Assembly: GCA_950097015.1 (NCBI GenBank)
Contig: CATNEN010000025.1
Location: 2,914,001-2,978,000, forward strand
Direction: 5' to 3'
Source of the DNA: Macrostomum hystrix
Lineage: Eukaryota > Animalia > Platyhelminthes
Length of the DNA stretch: 64,000 nucleotides
The notes under the pieces were generated by a model. That model did no database searches. It was not told the DNA's origin and was given only the letters and a program-made list of their open reading frames with translations. Position numbers and translations under genes: made by a program. Shown here piece after piece: positions 63,334 through 64,000 of the stretch (position 1 is the first letter of the stretch; every line of letters starts with the position of its first letter).

Positions 63334-64000
63334 ATCGTGAAGTAGACAGATAAAAGAATATTCAGAAACGAAAAAAAATTCCAAAATTGAAGCGTTAGCG
63401 TTTTGATATAAAACGTTTTTATAATTGTTTTCTGATTCTATCCAAGGCAATATTGCTTTGAAAAACTTGGCTACTTTAAAATAACGGAAATGTAGATATT
63501 TTTCTACATTACCACTTTTCGAACTTTATATGACTAGAATATAACAATTTGTCTTTATTAAAATTTCACAGCTCACTTTGTAGATACAACAGGCAGACAT
63601 ATAACTGACTGAACCAATGAGCGATGAGCTCGACTGAAGTTGGGCGCGCCAAGGGAGCCAATCAAATTCTAGACAACCTTTCTTGCATTATTTAGCCACT
63701 AGTAGATGGGCAAGCCATCTCAGCAGACATTATCATAGATTATCAAACATAATATTGAAATCTTCAAATTGACTAGATATTAAAATCGTCAGTGTTTGCT
63801 AGTAAACTATTTTTAATACTCTTCATTTTAGCCTTCTAATAAGAGGTGAGTTGGTGTTCTCTGATGATAAAAATAGGGAATTATAACATTGGAAACATGA
63901 GTTAAAGAAATAGAAAATATAAGGGAGACAATAGAGATGGGAGAGTGCGGAAGCGAGAGAGGTGAGATTGAAGAGATGCAACTGATGGGAGTGAGAAAAG

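Overview
Eukaryotic (animal) genomic DNA, about 72% tandem repeat (roughly 46 of 64 kb). GC-rich exons sit in AT-rich introns, and at least 12 distinct tandem arrays are present. This architecture, together with a spliced universal-stress-protein gene, fits a non-vertebrate, non-ecdysozoan animal such as a macrostomid flatworm; that host assignment is inference only. Genes: a 3-exon minus-strand SNX1/2-like PX-BAR sorting nexin (5776-5084, 4201-3980, 3389-2913; about 463 aa), and a 2-exon plus-strand ATP-binding-type USP protein (14692-15135, 16905-17114; 217 aa) carrying a Cys-Gly17-Cys insert. Mobile elements: a full-length DD34D mariner (12004-13378), a full-length tRNA-derived SINE with an 11-bp target-site duplication (62743-63333), a candidate Helitron 3' end directly after the first two minisatellites, a degenerate SINE head, and two inverted-repeat elements in the USP intron. 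The right half is a 35.8-kb array of a 23/22-bp satellite with nested kilobase-scale duplications. The very long ORFs in the track (18.4-23.5 kb and inside the satellite) are repeat artefacts. No CRISPR or prokaryotic system is present. All protein comparisons are from memory of family motifs; no database search was run.
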